A program made the position numbers and the translations under genes. The notes beneath the pieces are model-generated. The model was not told where the DNA came from. It was given only the letters and a program-made list of their open reading frames with translations, and made no database searches. From Isurus oxyrinchus (lineage: Eukaryota): a stretch of 64,000 bases of DNA. Below are positions 38,795-51,570 of the stretch, piece by piece. The stretch covers positions 116,002,001 through 116,066,000 of the forward strand of contig JANJGN010000001.1 of assembly GCA_026770705.1 (NCBI GenBank). The letters run 5' to 3'. How positions within the stretch are numbered: the first letter of the stretch is position 1; each line of letters starts with the position of its first letter.

Positions 38795-39589
38795 GGTGGT
38801 GGTGCAGGGGAGATTATTCGGGTGACTTGCGTTTTTAATGAGTATTCGTGACACACTAATGCATGTAAATGGGGTTCCCACCACCAGCCTGCCATGAAAA
38901 TGGCGAGGGGAAATTCCAACTTGTTTTCCCGCCGGCAAAAATCTGATTTTTGGCCTCTCTCTGAATTTTCCGCTTCTGCCCGCCACGAAACCCACTGCTG
39001 GCAGGATCAGAAAATTCCACCCACTGTCTTCTGTACAGTTCAAATAAGCTTTTGTTAAATTGGGCGGCAGATCCTCACTTTCCAATGGTCTTTGGCAGGT
39101 TTCATTTTAGATTGATTAATTTGGCAGTTGTCCAGAGTGTTTGGCTGTTAGCTTGTAGTTAGTTGTGCTTATCAAGTCTCAGGGACATTAAGGGACACAC
39201 AGACATCTGCCTTTCCAGACTTCCAAGGCCTGTTTTGAAGCCCTTTTAATAATCCTCCTTTGTCTTTGTTCTGATAGGGCTGTCTAACTTTGTATGGGAA
39301 CAAGACAGTTTTCATAGTTCAGCAGTTTTAAAAAAAACAAGATGTTTCCCCTCAGTCCTGCTGCTCTCAATGTCTCAAAGCATGATGGACTAGGTTGGTC
39401 AAGCTTAAAAAAATTATGTGTGTATATGTATATACATACCATCATGGTTGGACAGCTGTTGCAAGTCTGAACCTGAGCTGCAGTTCTTTTTACATGTTCC
39501 CTGTCCTACACTTAAGACTTTACTTTTATTATGTGCCTTTGAAATGTGCTGACAAATTTATCTCCTTCTCACTGTTTGGAGCTCTATAA

Positions 39590-41060
39590 GAAACTCTCGA
39601 CAACAGTCCCTCTCTATTCCTCAACTCGAGCCAAGTGGATTCAGTCCTAGAGCCATAATAAATCCTTCCTACTTAGAACTGTTGTAAAACCCTTAATCAA
39701 TACCATCCCTGCTCTTGTTTTTCTGTATCATTCTTGAATACTTGGTAACCAGGAACATCAAGAATCTATTCCTGGCCATGTTCAAGCCATGTCTCTGTTA
39801 TTGTAATCACTTCATAATCCCATGTAGCAATTTGTGCCTGGTTTTACCAGCTCACCAACATTGTTAGTCACACTGATGTACGTATAACTTAATACTTCCC
39901 TCATTGTTTTTGTTATTTTCCTCTCCCTGTAATTTTGGGATTTTTTTATATCTCATTGTCCTCCAATCTCATATGAACATACAAATTAGGAGACTTTTCT
40001 GCCACTTGATAAGATCATGGCTGGTCTGATTGTGGCCTCAACTCTGCTTTTGCGTTGATCCCCGATACACTTTTGCTTCCTTGTCAAACGAACATTGGCC
40101 CTGGTTTTATTCAGGTGCAATCCATCCATCTTGTGCACGTTCCCCTTCCCCTCAAAATCAGTCAAGGTGATATTGTCACTAGAGTGGTAATCCAGTGAGT
40201 CAGGGTAATGTCTTGGGGACCTGGGTTCAAATCCCACCATAGCAGATGATTGAATTTGAATTCAGTTAAAAATCTGATGATAAAAGTCTAGCCGGTGACA
40301 CCCACATCCAATGAAAGAGAATCTGAAGTCCTCCCTCTTCTTCTCCAACCAGGATTCTGACTCTTCATCTTGCAAACTATTCTGCACCCACTGGGTGATC
40401 TGGGGAAAATACCATTCAGGAATCATGTTTACAGAAGCATCTGTGTGTACTGCTAATTATTGAATCCCCTATAACCTTTATCTTTGTGTGTAGTCAAATC
40501 TCCTGTGGTGCCAGGAATTTGATTCTTACTGCATTCCTCCAAGGGGTATTTTCCCTTCCCAGTATTCAAAATTAAAACCAGTTAATGAACCCCAGTGGAA
40601 TTCCTCCACTGCCTTCACACCTCCACTGTCTTCTTACTACCCTGCCTAGTGATCCCCATGCCCCCACCTCCTGCCCCTTCTGTGGTTGTGAGTGACGACA
40701 TATTGGATCATATATATCACAGTCATTCCAGTGAGCTTGCGTAACTGGCAGCACTTCCTGCACATTGGTTATCCAGAACACACGTCGTGTTCCTGTGTTC
40801 CCACAAGGAACAGGATGCACATGCAATAGATCCCAAATGACCTGCCATGGAAGTCAACCCACTGAATTTTAAATCACTGAGACCCTCACCATTAAAACAT
40901 TTAATACTATTTTAAAAACCCAATAAACCTTTGTCTAAGGCACTGAGACAATGACCTACCATATCCTAAAAAACTGAAATAGTAAAAAGTTAACTAAACA
41001 CACTGAGAATGATATGCCAGGTCTTCTGCTGCTGACTGCAATTTAAACTATCGATTTACC
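39590..41060 (-). mobile_element. Degenerate CR1 5' half (ORF1 esterase remnant and ORF2 endonuclease start) with small inserts
   Basis: Minus strand QAQIATWDYEVITITETWL (APE N-terminus) near 39785-39840 and DGLHLN (SGNH-type ORF1) near 40110-40130. Confidence 0.6.
40165..40315 (+). mobile_element. Internally deleted HE1-type SINE
   Basis: TATTGTCACTAGAGTGGTAATCCAG...GGGTTCAAATCCCACCATAGCAGATG, the same head as at 8640-8725. Confidence 0.7.
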
Positions 41061-41184
41061 TTTTTATGCTGGAGCCTTGGGACCTTCCAGACCCAGCTCC
41101 AGTTTGAATCCAGTGATGAACAGTTTCGGGAGGCTGAGTAACGAAGTGTAAATACAGTGAAGCCCCACCCCGGTGGGGGGGAGG

Positions 41185-41935
41185 TGGGGTTGCTGAACTA
41201 TATGGGGCTCACTGAGCTGTAGTGGTGGTGGTGGAGACTGACGAATTGTACGAGGGTGGGTTGCACTTGAGCTTTATGGGAGTGGCTGAGCTCTGTGGGG
41301 TGGGCTAAGCTGTATCAGGGGGCTGAGCTGTACTGGGGGGCTGAGCTGTATCAGGGGCGTGAGCTGTATCAGGGGCACTGAGTTGTATCGGGGGGCGCTG
41401 AGCTGTATCGGGGGCTGAGCTGTATCAGGGGTGCTAAGCTGTATTGGGGGGCGCTGAGCTGTATCGGGGGTCACTGAGCTGCATCGGGGGTCACTGAGCT
41501 GTATCAGGGAGCTGAGCTGTATCAGGGGGATGGGGGTTGAGCTGTACCGGGGCGCTGAGCTGTATCAGGGGGGTGGGGGTTGAGCTGTACCGGGGCGCTG
41601 AGCTGTATCGGGGGGCGCTGAGCTGTATCGGGTGGTTGAGCTGTATCGGGTGGCTGAGCTGTATCGGGGGGCTGAGCTATATTGGGGGTTGAGCTGCATC
41701 GGGGGTGGGGGGGGGGGGGGGCTGCTGAGCTGTATCAGGCGGCTGAGCTGGATCCGGGGGGTGGGGGTTGAGCTGTATCGGGGCTGAGCTGTATCAGAGG
41801 GGTTGAGCTGGATCGGGGGTTGAGCTGGATCGGGGGGCTGAGCCTGCATCGGGGTCTGACCTGTATCAGGGGAATCTTAGCTATATCGAGGGGTGGGGGT
41901 GGAGGGGAGCACTGAGCTGTATCGGGTCGGGGGGA
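41185..41935. repeat. G-rich minisatellite, unit about 18-26 bp
   Basis: About 30-35 copies of the core (GC)TGAGCTGTATC(A/G)GGGG with variable G runs. Confidence 0.95.
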
Positions 41936-42344
41936 GAAGCTCTCAATAAATCGGTGTAAAAAACAGGATAAGTTTAGGGCAAGTCTACATGGAAAGGGCC
42001 ATCTCATCCAACTGTTGGAGGGAATGGTGCAGCAATCCGACAGTGTCAAATAGGCAATCAGAAGTTTAAACTTTCTGTGTATGTGGACTGGTTGAGACTC
42101 CCTCACAGCCCTGACACGCATCAGTGACTTCAGTTCAATCATTTGCTGCTCCCCATAGAAGAATCAGGCTGATGTCTCGCAATATAAAACCCAATAAAAA
42201 AACACTATCAGGTTAATTTCAACAGTGCAACAGAAACAGTATAATAAAACTAACTAGCTTGTTAACCACCAATCCGCTTGCTCCACCGCAGGATCTCACT
42301 TTTGAATTGCTTTTCCAGATTTCCACATTCAGCTCACACTCACT

Positions 42345-44170
42345 CTTTACGTTCTCACTGCCCCCCACTGCGCAACCCCTCAGACTCACTTTATCCACTC
42401 TGACTCGCTCCACTCTCACCGCCCCCCACTCCGTTACCCCTCAGACTCACTTTATCCACTCTGACTCTCCCCACTCTCACTGCCCCCCACACCATTACCC
42501 CTCAGACTCACTTTATCCACTCTGACTCTCTCCACTCTCACTGCCCCCCACACTGTTACCCCTCAGACTCACTCTATCCACTCTGACTCTCTCCACTCTC
42601 ACTGACCCACACACTGTTACCCCTCAGACTCACTTTATCCACTCTCTCCACTCTCACTGCCCCCCACACCATTACCCCTCAGACTCACTCTATCCACTCT
42701 GACTCTCTCCACTCTCACTGACCCACACACTGTTACCCCTCAGACTCACTTTATCCACTCTCACTCCACTCTCACCGCCCCCCACACCGTTACCCTCAGA
42801 CTCACTTTATCCACTCTGACTCTCTCCATTCTCACTGCCCCCCACACCGTTACCCCTCAGACTCACTTTATCCACTCTCACTGCCCCCCACACCGTTACC
42901 CTTAGACTCACTTTATCCACTCTGACTCTCTCCACTCTCACCACCCCCCACACCGTTACCCCTCAGACTCACTTTATCCACTCTGACTCTCTCCACTCTC
43001 ACCACCCCCCACACCGTTACCCCTCAAACTCACTTTATCCACTCTGACTCTCCTCACTCTCACTGCCCCCCACACCGTTACCCCTCAGACTCACTTTATC
43101 CACTCTGACTCTCCCCACTCTCACTGCCCCCCACACCGTTACCCCTCAGACTCACTTTATCCACTCTGACTCTCTCCACTCTCACTACCACCCACACCGT
43201 TACCCCTCAGATTCACTTTATCCATACTGACTCTCTCCACTCTCACTGCCCCCCACACTGTTACCGCTCAGGCTCACTTTATCCACTCTGACTCTCTCCA
43301 CTCTCACTGCCCCCCACACCGTTACCCCCAGACTCACTTTATCCACTCTGACTCTCCCCACTCTCACTGCCCCCCACACCGTTACCCCTCAGACTCACTT
43401 TATCCACTCTGACTCTCTCCACTCTCACCACCCCCCACACCGTTACCCCTCAGACTCACTTTATCCACTCTGACTCTCTCCACTCTCACTGCCCCCCACA
43501 CAGTTACCCCTCAGACTCACTTTATCCACTGACTCTCTCCACTCTCACTGCCCCCCACACCATTACGCCTCAGACTCACTTTATCCACTCTGACTCTCCT
43601 CACTCTCACTGCCCCCCACACCGTTACCCCTCAGACTCACTTTATCCATTCTGACTCTCCCCACTCTCACTGCCCCCCACACCGTTACCCCTCAGACTCA
43701 CTTTATCCACTCTGACTCTCTCCACTCTCACTACCACCCACACCGTTACCCCTCAGATTCACTTTATCCATACTGACTCTCTCCACTCTCACTGCCCCCC
43801 ACACTGTTACCGCTCAGGCTCACTTTATCCACTCTGACTCTCTCCACTCTCACTGCCCCCCACACCGTTACCCCCAGACTCACTTTATCCACTCTGACTC
43901 TCCCCACTCTCACTGCCCCCCACACCGTTACCCCTCAGGCTCACTTTATCCACTCTGACTCTCCCCACTCTCACTGCCCCCCACACCATTTCCCCTCAGG
44001 CTCACTTTATCCACTCTGACTCTCTCCACTCTCCCTGCCCCCCACACCGTTACCCCTCAGACTCAATTTATCTACTCTGACTCTCTCCACTCTCACTGCC
44101 CCCCACGCCGTTACCCCTCAGACTCACTTTATCTGCTCTTACTGACTCTCTAAACTCTCAATGGCACCCA
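42345..44170. repeat. 61-bp minisatellite, about 30 copies
   Basis: Unit CTCTCACTGCCCCCCACACCGTTACCCCTCAGACTCACTTTATCCACTCTGACTCTCTCCA; a further partial unit at 45339-45385. Confidence 0.97.
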
Positions 44171-44174
44171 CTTT

Positions 44175-45338
44175 GGGCAGAATTTTCCCTGCTCGTTGAC
44201 GTTGGGCGTGTTTGGCAGGGTGAGCAGACAATATGGCGGGAAGGCTAAAAGTCAATTTCACGACGTCATGAAACCAATTTGCAATCGTCTGCTCTACCCA
44301 TCAATGGCGGGCCTCCCTCGTCACCGGGAACCTCATTGTAATACATCTGCATATCATTGTAAGCCCAGCTTGCTGGAATCATCCCTCCACATTGGATCAT
44401 CCGAGCATCACACCAATATGTTTCACAACCGTACATAAGTGTCATGCACGGGCGAACTGCATGAAGCTTGGGACTTTGATGTTTGTTTGCCTACCTTGCT
44501 TCAGGCAGCACTCGCAGTTATCAGTGCCAGGCTTCGCAGACAGCACCACATCACTTTTAGAGATTTCTGGGGCCAGTCTTTACCTACCAGACCAGCCATA
44601 AGGAGGGGGTGGCTTCTCAAAGGCTGCAAGGCGAGGGCTTGCTTGGGAAAGGGGGCGAAGTGGCCTCAGGCAAGGGAAGAGGTTGCAATGTGAGGGCTGT
44701 ACTGGGGAAGGAGGGTCTCCCATGGTGTGTATGGGGGCACGTGTTAACCTGTACAAGTGGCCTCAAGATGGTGAAGGCTAAGGAGGCCGTCTCCAGATGA
44801 GATGAGGCCAGATAGAGATGTGAAAGTGAGTGGTGATGTCCCTTGAGTTGGCAGTGAGTGAGATGCCAGTGAATGTGTGATGGGCTTGAGTGGGTAAGCT
44901 TAGAGTGATGAGATGGTTGCCTTACCTTGGTGGCATGGATGAGATCATTCATCTTCTACTGCATTGGATGACCAATCTCTTCTGTGCAGCATTGGCACTG
45001 ATCATCACTGCCATCGCCTACCAAGCCGGAGTGGTAATATTGCTGCCCCTCTTGTAGTCAGAGCGGGGGCAGAGGACATCACAGCGGGCGTCCACAATGT
45101 TCAAAAGGCGCTGGAGGGACGCATCACTAAACCAGGGGCCGCAGTCTTCTTGCCTTTTGGGGCCATGTCTTCCTGGTGTGGAAGCACTGAGAGGTATGGC
45201 ATGTATCCTGGGAAAGCATAATAAATGAGGCAGGGTTGGGACGACAAGGTGTGAAAAGGTGCCATTGTGGGTGGTGGGTAAAATGTTCTTTTTCCTACCT
45301 GCTACCACACTTTGTGCAAATCTGGGAAGATTTTGCTC
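44175..45338. mobile_element. Non-autonomous Harbinger (same family and orientation as 989-3491) inserted in the last minisatellite unit
   Basis: Termini GGGCAGAATTTTCCC / GGGAAGATTTTGCTC; both ends align with 989-1250 and 2880-3491. Confidence 0.85.
44926..45166 (-). pseudogene. Harbinger Myb/SANT gene exon 1 remnant
   Basis: MAPKGKKTAA / PWFSDASLQRLLNIVDARCDVLCPRS...NITTPAW*...QCSRRMNDLIHATK, then donor GTAAGG. Confidence 0.8.
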
Positions 45339-45677
45339 ACTGTTACCCCTCAGACTCACTTTCTCTGCTCTCACTGACTCTGTACCTCTGCTTTTATCTG
45401 TTGTCTTCTTGCACTTTTTCACTTCAGGCTCACTCTCCCAGCTCTCACTGACTGAGCCAAATTTTCTTTAGGTATATTAGCCCACAGCAGGTGGCAGTGG
45501 TTTGGGATTAGCATCACTTCTGGGTTTCCCAATTAATCAGATTACAGGCATAATGATGACTGTTCAACCCTCCTGCCAACAATATTCACCCCCTCCAGAT
45601 GGAAGGATTCCTACTTAAGCAAACATCAGCAAGGATTTGAGTGGCTGAATTCAACGTTAATTCCTGATGCTTCTTCC

Positions 45678-46195
45678 TAAAGCCTGACCACCATCTACAA
45701 AGCACAGGTCAGGAGTGTGATGCAATACTATCCATTTGCCTGGATGAGTGCACCTCCAGGAGTACTGAAGAAGCTCAACACAATAAAGGATAAAGCAGCC
45801 CACTTGATTGCCACCCCATCCACCACCTTAAGCATTCACTCCCTCCACCGGCAACACACAGCAGCAAGCCACCAAAGTTCCTTTGACAATATCTTCACAT
45901 TTTCCAAACCTGCGACCTCTATCACCTAGAAGGACAAGGTCAGCAGATGTATGGGAACACCATTGCCTGCAAGTTACTGTCCAAGCCACACACCATCCTG
46001 ACTTGGAAATATATCACCATTCCTTTGCTGCTGATGGGTCAAACTCCTGGGACTCCCTCCCTAACAGCACTACGCCGCATGGACTGCAGCGGTTCAAGAA
46101 GGGGGCTCATCACCACTTTCTCAGGGGCAACTAGGGATGAGCAATAAATGCTGGCCTAGCCAGCGAGGCCCACATGTGAGTGAATGAAAGAAAAA
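45678..46195 (+). mobile_element. HER1-type LINE 3' fragment
   Basis: MMQYYPFAWMSAPPGVLKKLNTIKDKAAHLI; same tail as the other copies. Confidence 0.85.
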
Positions 46196-46199
46196 CACA

Positions 46200-47040
46200 G
46201 GAAAGGAAAGGAGCCATAGAAGGCTCAAATGAAGCAGGAGTGCACAGGAGTAGCTGAAGAAAAGAGCAGTAGGAATATAGTCCCTCGATCTTGGAGACAG
46301 TGCCCCAAGAGATTCAGTGACCTCATGAGAGCAGGAAAGGTGAAAGGCATTTCACCTTCTGGTGCCAAGCCCCATTCTGTGACTTCCCCAGGATTCTCCT
46401 GCGCAGCGCTCCCCAGACCAACCACTTATTCCTCTTTCTCCTCCTCTCAACCCCATCTGAACAAAACACTGACTCTCACTCTCATCTTTGTGCCATCCCG
46501 CATCCATGTCTCACGGTCAATGTCCATTAAGGAGGCTCTCCGGCTTGAAAGCAGCAGCAGGATGCCATGGCAGGTCAGTGAGAGAGAGAGAACCTCCATA
46601 TTGAGGTGTCCTCTTTCCACATTTTTTAACTTTAATTTAAAAAATAGATTTATTAGCCTGTCCACCATGGTGGGATGGTGGCTTCTTCACAAGCTGGTCT
46701 GCGGTTGCTGTTGAACCCGAGCAAGCAGGGCAGACCTGCTCCTCACCCTGGTTTGCCATCAGGAGACCGCCCCCAAGCAGTTAAACGGTCTCTTTCCACC
46801 TATGGGAACTTGTGGCCCGGTTGCCAAATCTCAATTGGCCTCCAACAGTAGAACAATAGGCGTTAATATAGGCTGTAAAGGACACCAGTTGTTACCCCAC
46901 CCCCAACACTATCCCCACCCTCCCGCACCCAAATCTGGCACTGGGAATATGGCTGGGGAACCGGCATGCAAGCTGATGGTCACAATTCTGCACCCACCCG
47001 CCTTTGTTCCTTAACTAACAGGGGTTAAAGATTCAGCCCC
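46200..47040 (+). mobile_element. Harbinger derivative with Myb exon 1 remnant
   Basis: GVAEEKSSRNIVPRSWRQCPKRFSDLMRAGK followed by GTGA; right end AAAGATTCAGCCCC. Confidence 0.65.
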
Positions 47041-48198
47041 AGTTAAATCCACAAGTGGGTTAGATTCTCGGATTTCCATCTTGTCAGCAATTTTTGAGGC
47101 TCCCCCCAGCCACCCCCCCCACCAACCCACCACCCCCCCCCCCCGCCCAGTCAGCACTTTTCACGTTTAAAATTTTGCCCTCTACCTTTGATTCTCCCAT
47201 TTCTGTCAGTTGTCCTCTTGCGCTCTTTCATCTCAGGCTCACTCTGTCCATTTTCACTTTGGGATATTCTGAGGTAGTGAAAGGCGCTACAATATATCCA
47301 AGGTCTTAACAGAACAGCAACCTGTGCAAAGTCTGAGCATTGTTTTTATTTTATATTGCTGACCTGGCTCTCAACCTTAAATTGCTTGCTTTGCATCAGT
47401 GCACATCCAGAAGCCGGTTGCACTAGAATAATCATGCTAGCTTCTACAGTATCTAATTTAAAAATTCTTAATTTATTAGAATTAGACTAAGTGTAGGATT
47501 AAAGTTTCTGAATGGCTGGAAACACAGCATCCTCCCAACCCACAAAACACATCAAAATATGAACCTATCATAAATCACAAAATAAATTGGATAGAAATCT
47601 AGGAATATTATTAAAATAAATATATATCATGCACATGTAATCTAAAGGTGTTAATGTAGTCAAAGCTTTACATTTCTTATGCAATTTATTTCAAGATTCA
47701 TTTGATTATTTGGAACATTTGCATTCCAAAAAGTCCCTGCTGTATTAAATTTTTGAAAGCCACAATCCATCTCATTCATTATTACCTAATTCCTACATTA
47801 TACGATGCACTAAATAAAAGCAAATACATTACGATAAATGTAACAAAAAGCCACAATTAATATTTAATTATTCATGATAAGATGTTACGGCCTTTTTTGC
47901 TGTGAATAAATTCATTGCTTTACCATAAAGTTAGGCACAAAACAGTTTGGTGCCATGTTTTAACAATTAACCCTGAACTGAGATCACTTGTTTTCGAATG
48001 GAAATGCCAGGCCGATTTTCCCATCCAGCAAAGATGCTGCACTAAACCCAGGCTGAATTTTTGGAACTCTCAGCTGAGAGAACTGGAAAAGCAATTGCAG
48101 AATCATCTCCGCTCACTTTTGTTATCATGGTTTTCCAAAACAAACATCCATGTGATCACCACTGGTCATAGCAATTGTTGCTATGCTATCCTCTAGTA

Positions 48199-49172
48199 CA
48201 GTGCTTCCCAAACTATTTTCCAATGTGACCCCATTTTAACACTTGAAAATTAATGTGACCCCAGATGCCAGCAAAAATGAAACAGTAATAAAGCATTATA
48301 GCAACATTCAGTATGGAATTATTAACATATGCATTTTATAGATCAACATACTACCTCATATAAATATGAAAATCTGCTTTTAAAGCATTTTGTAAATATG
48401 TTATTTTATGTACTCATGTAGGTTTCAGCCAGCTCTCCATATTCCCTAGTGACAGAGGGCTCAGTGAAGCTTCTCTCCCCTCCACCTCCCTCCACACACA
48501 CATTGTAATCACTCCTCTCCGCCCACTGCTCTCACACACACACATCTTCCTTCCTCCTCCCCCACGCACACAAACAACCAGCCCCTCTTCCCAACTCCTC
48601 ACTTACCTCCTTACTTACTCTCTCACTTATTCTCTCATTTACCCTCTCACTTGCTTACTCACTCACTCACCAGGTGCTCTCCTCAACCCCTACCATCCCC
48701 ACCCCCCACACAATCATGATCAAGTCCTTCTCCCTTTTTGGTTTAGTTTCCGGTGCCTGCAAAGCCGAGTCACTAGCCCAGGGTAAGGAGGCCGTACGAT
48801 AGTCAGAAGAAGCAGAAACATTAAAATTTGAAGCTGCCACTCACCTTCCCTGCTCAGCCGCAATGATCTCCCAGTTTATCCCACAGTCCAGACACAGTCA
48901 GTCCCTGCCAGTCTGTGCCTGGGCCAAGTCAGTGCACAAACACCCCAGGTCAGCTCGGCACTTGCTGCTGGAAGTGATTTCTGAAATTAAAGGGTACTTT
49001 GGACTCACTCTGTGCTGTTTGGTGGAATTGATCCCGCAGGTCCAGAGCTCTTCCACCAGAGCCCCTGGACTGGGTGGTCTCCTCTGCTGCCTGGAGGAGG
49101 GGGAGCCTGTGACTCCAAATGTCACCTCTATGACCCCCTGGGGGGCTGTGACCCAGAGTTTGGGAACCCCTG
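48199..49172. mobile_element. hAT (Charlie-type) non-autonomous element
   Basis: TIRs CAGTGCTTCCCAAAC / GTTTGGGAACCCCTG, subterminal TGACCCC repeats at both ends, 8-bp flanks CTCTAGTA/CTTTAGCG (NTCTAGAN-like). Confidence 0.8.
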
Positions 49173-50527
49173 CTTTAGCGGGTGTCACCAATTTTGGTTG
49201 CTAGTTGCTTTTAAGAGCAGTGACTATCCTGGCCATCATATTTGACGAACTGGTCGGTTCTCACTCACCTTGTTGGGATAGAACAATGTTGACTATATTA
49301 TTTTAAGAACTAGCTAAATATTTTTTTGCAGAACACTACCAGACGACTGCTTACTTATTTAACTGTGGTAACTCCTTTTGTACAATATGACCATTTCAGC
49401 TCAGCGCAACCATTACTCTGCGTTCCCGCATCTCCCATCACGCAATCCATTGCAACAGTCTGCTCCTCTTTATGCTGTGTTTTTCTCACTGTTGTCAAAT
49501 GACACTTCATTTGTGAAGTGGATGTTGATTCCTCAGATGTCCCATTGTGTTTTGGCCCGCTGGATCTTTATTGTTCCCACTGTGACAGAGAAAAATGAAA
49601 GTGCTCGGGTAATTTAATTTGAAGCAATGGAACACATGGAATCTGATTGTGGCCTCTAAGATCATGAAGGTGAATTTATGTATCCACAGGAGTGTTGCAA
49701 ATAAAACATACAGCAGACTGCCTGCCACAGAGATATGGCTTTAACTCAATTATGTTGATGTGAAAGGAACAGCAGGAAATACATTTATATTATTGCTCAG
49801 AATACGTTAATCAGTTATAAGTGGATGATGAGTGAATAGAGTTCAGTTTCATTTCTTTACCCATATCATAACAAAGCTCCTTTAAACATGTGAACAGGGT
49901 TGTGTCCTTTCTGACTGATGCATTTTAAATTATTGAAAAGAATTGGGCTGATTTTCATGGGGCCCATGGAAGTGAGCACAATGCACATTAGTTTTGTGCG
50001 CCAGGGTCTAATTTGCTATTGGCAGGCCTCCTGAGGCCTCCTGTTATGCACAATGAAAATAGTGCCAGGAATACAAGTGGAGTTCCAGGCCTTAAACGGG
50101 AGGTTTGCGAACATTGGTAGGATGCATTCCTGGATGTGGCATCACATGGCATTCCTGCCTCCACGCTTGTCATTGGCCACCAAGCCAAACAATCCTCACA
50201 ATTCCTCATAACAATTGGAAAGCGAACAAACCCTCCTTTACTAGAATGCACGAGACTTAACTGTCAATCAAATGGACATTTTTCTCCCATCTCCAGATTG
50301 AGGAACATGAGAAAAATATTTTTTTAGCGCCGCAATAATTGTTGACCAGGGTTGTTGGAAGCAGTGTCTAAGAGATTAATCTCTAATCCCTGGGAACCCA
50401 GGATAACCTGGGAGGGTTCGTAGCCCTGTTAAAGGGCCTTGGGAAAAACAATGGAGGACAGTGAACCATAAGGCTGAATCAAGAGTATGGAAGTTGTGTG
50501 AACATCCTGCCGGCCCACAAGTTTCAA

Positions 50528-51570
50528 CAGAACATATGAACATGCGTATGAATATATGAATTAGGAGCAGGAGTAGGCCATTTGGCCACTCGGCCCCTCG
50601 AACCTACTCCACCATTCAATAAGATCACAGTTGATTTGAATGTAACCTCAACCCAACATTTCTGCCTATCCCCAATAACCTTTCACCCCCTTGTTAATCA
50701 AGAATCCACCTAGCTCTGCCTTAAAAATATTCAAAGACTCTGCTTCCACTGCCTTTTGAGGAAGAGAGTTCCAAAGACTCACAACCCTCTTAAATGAGCG
50801 ACCTCTTATTTTTAAACAGTGACCCTCTAGTTCTAGATTCTCCAACAAGAGAAAACATCCTCTCCACATCCTCCCTGTAAAGACCCCTCAGGATCTTAAA
50901 AGTTTCAATTAAGTTGCCTTTTACTCTTCTAAATTCCAGTGGATACAAGCTTAACCTGCCCAGCCTTTCCTCATAAGACAACCCACTCATTCCTGGTGTT
51001 AGTCTAGTAAATCTTCTCTGAGCTGTTCTAACACATTTACATCTTTATTTAAATAAGGAGATGAGCACTGTACACAATATTCCAGATGTGGTCTCATTAA
51101 TGCCCTGTACAACTGAAGCATAACCTCCCTACTTTTGTAATTAATTCCCCTCACAATAAATGATAACATTCTATTAGCTTTCCTAATTAGCTCTGTACCT
51201 GCATATTAACCTTTGAATTCATGCACTAGGACACCCAGGTCCCTCTGAATCTCAGAGCCCTGCAATCTCTCACCATTTAGATAATATGCATCTTTTTTAG
51301 TCTTCCTGCCAAAATGAACGATTGCACATTTGCCCATATTATACTCCGTTTGCCAGATCTTTGCCCACTCACATAACTTATCTATGTCACTTTGTAGCCT
51401 CCTTACATCCTCCTCACAATTTACTTTCATACCTATCTTTGTGTCATTAGCAAATTTAGCAACCATTCCTTCGGTCCCTTCATCCAAGTCACTTAAATAA
51501 ATTGTAAAATGTTGAGGCCTCAGCACTGATCCCTGAGGCATACCACTCGTTACATCCTACCATCCAGATG
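50528..51570 (-). mobile_element. CR1 LINE 3' fragment (RT C-terminal half and tail)
   Basis: PQGSVLRPQHFTIYLSDLDEG...KFANDTKIG; GLSYEERLGRLSLYPLE; short repeat tail. Confidence 0.92.

Larger units (their letters stand above)
33151..39022 (+). mobile_element. Harbinger derivative (Myb gene on +) interrupted by a PSMF1 retrocopy and a LINE; left TIR not found
   Basis: Myb exon 1 halves at 33183-33237 (HRGVLYPTDGSRRSTNLT) and 34520-34622 (ATQCRKRMNDLIRIAR). Exon 2 from 34896 (ELGHNKRER..QTAGG), exon 3 from 35162. Right end 38820-39022 resembles 14220-14434 and ends GAAAATTCCACCC. Confidence 0.7.

Noticed and set aside
42345-44170. CRISPR-like array
   Set aside because: Head-to-tail units without unique spacers, no cas genes, vertebrate context.
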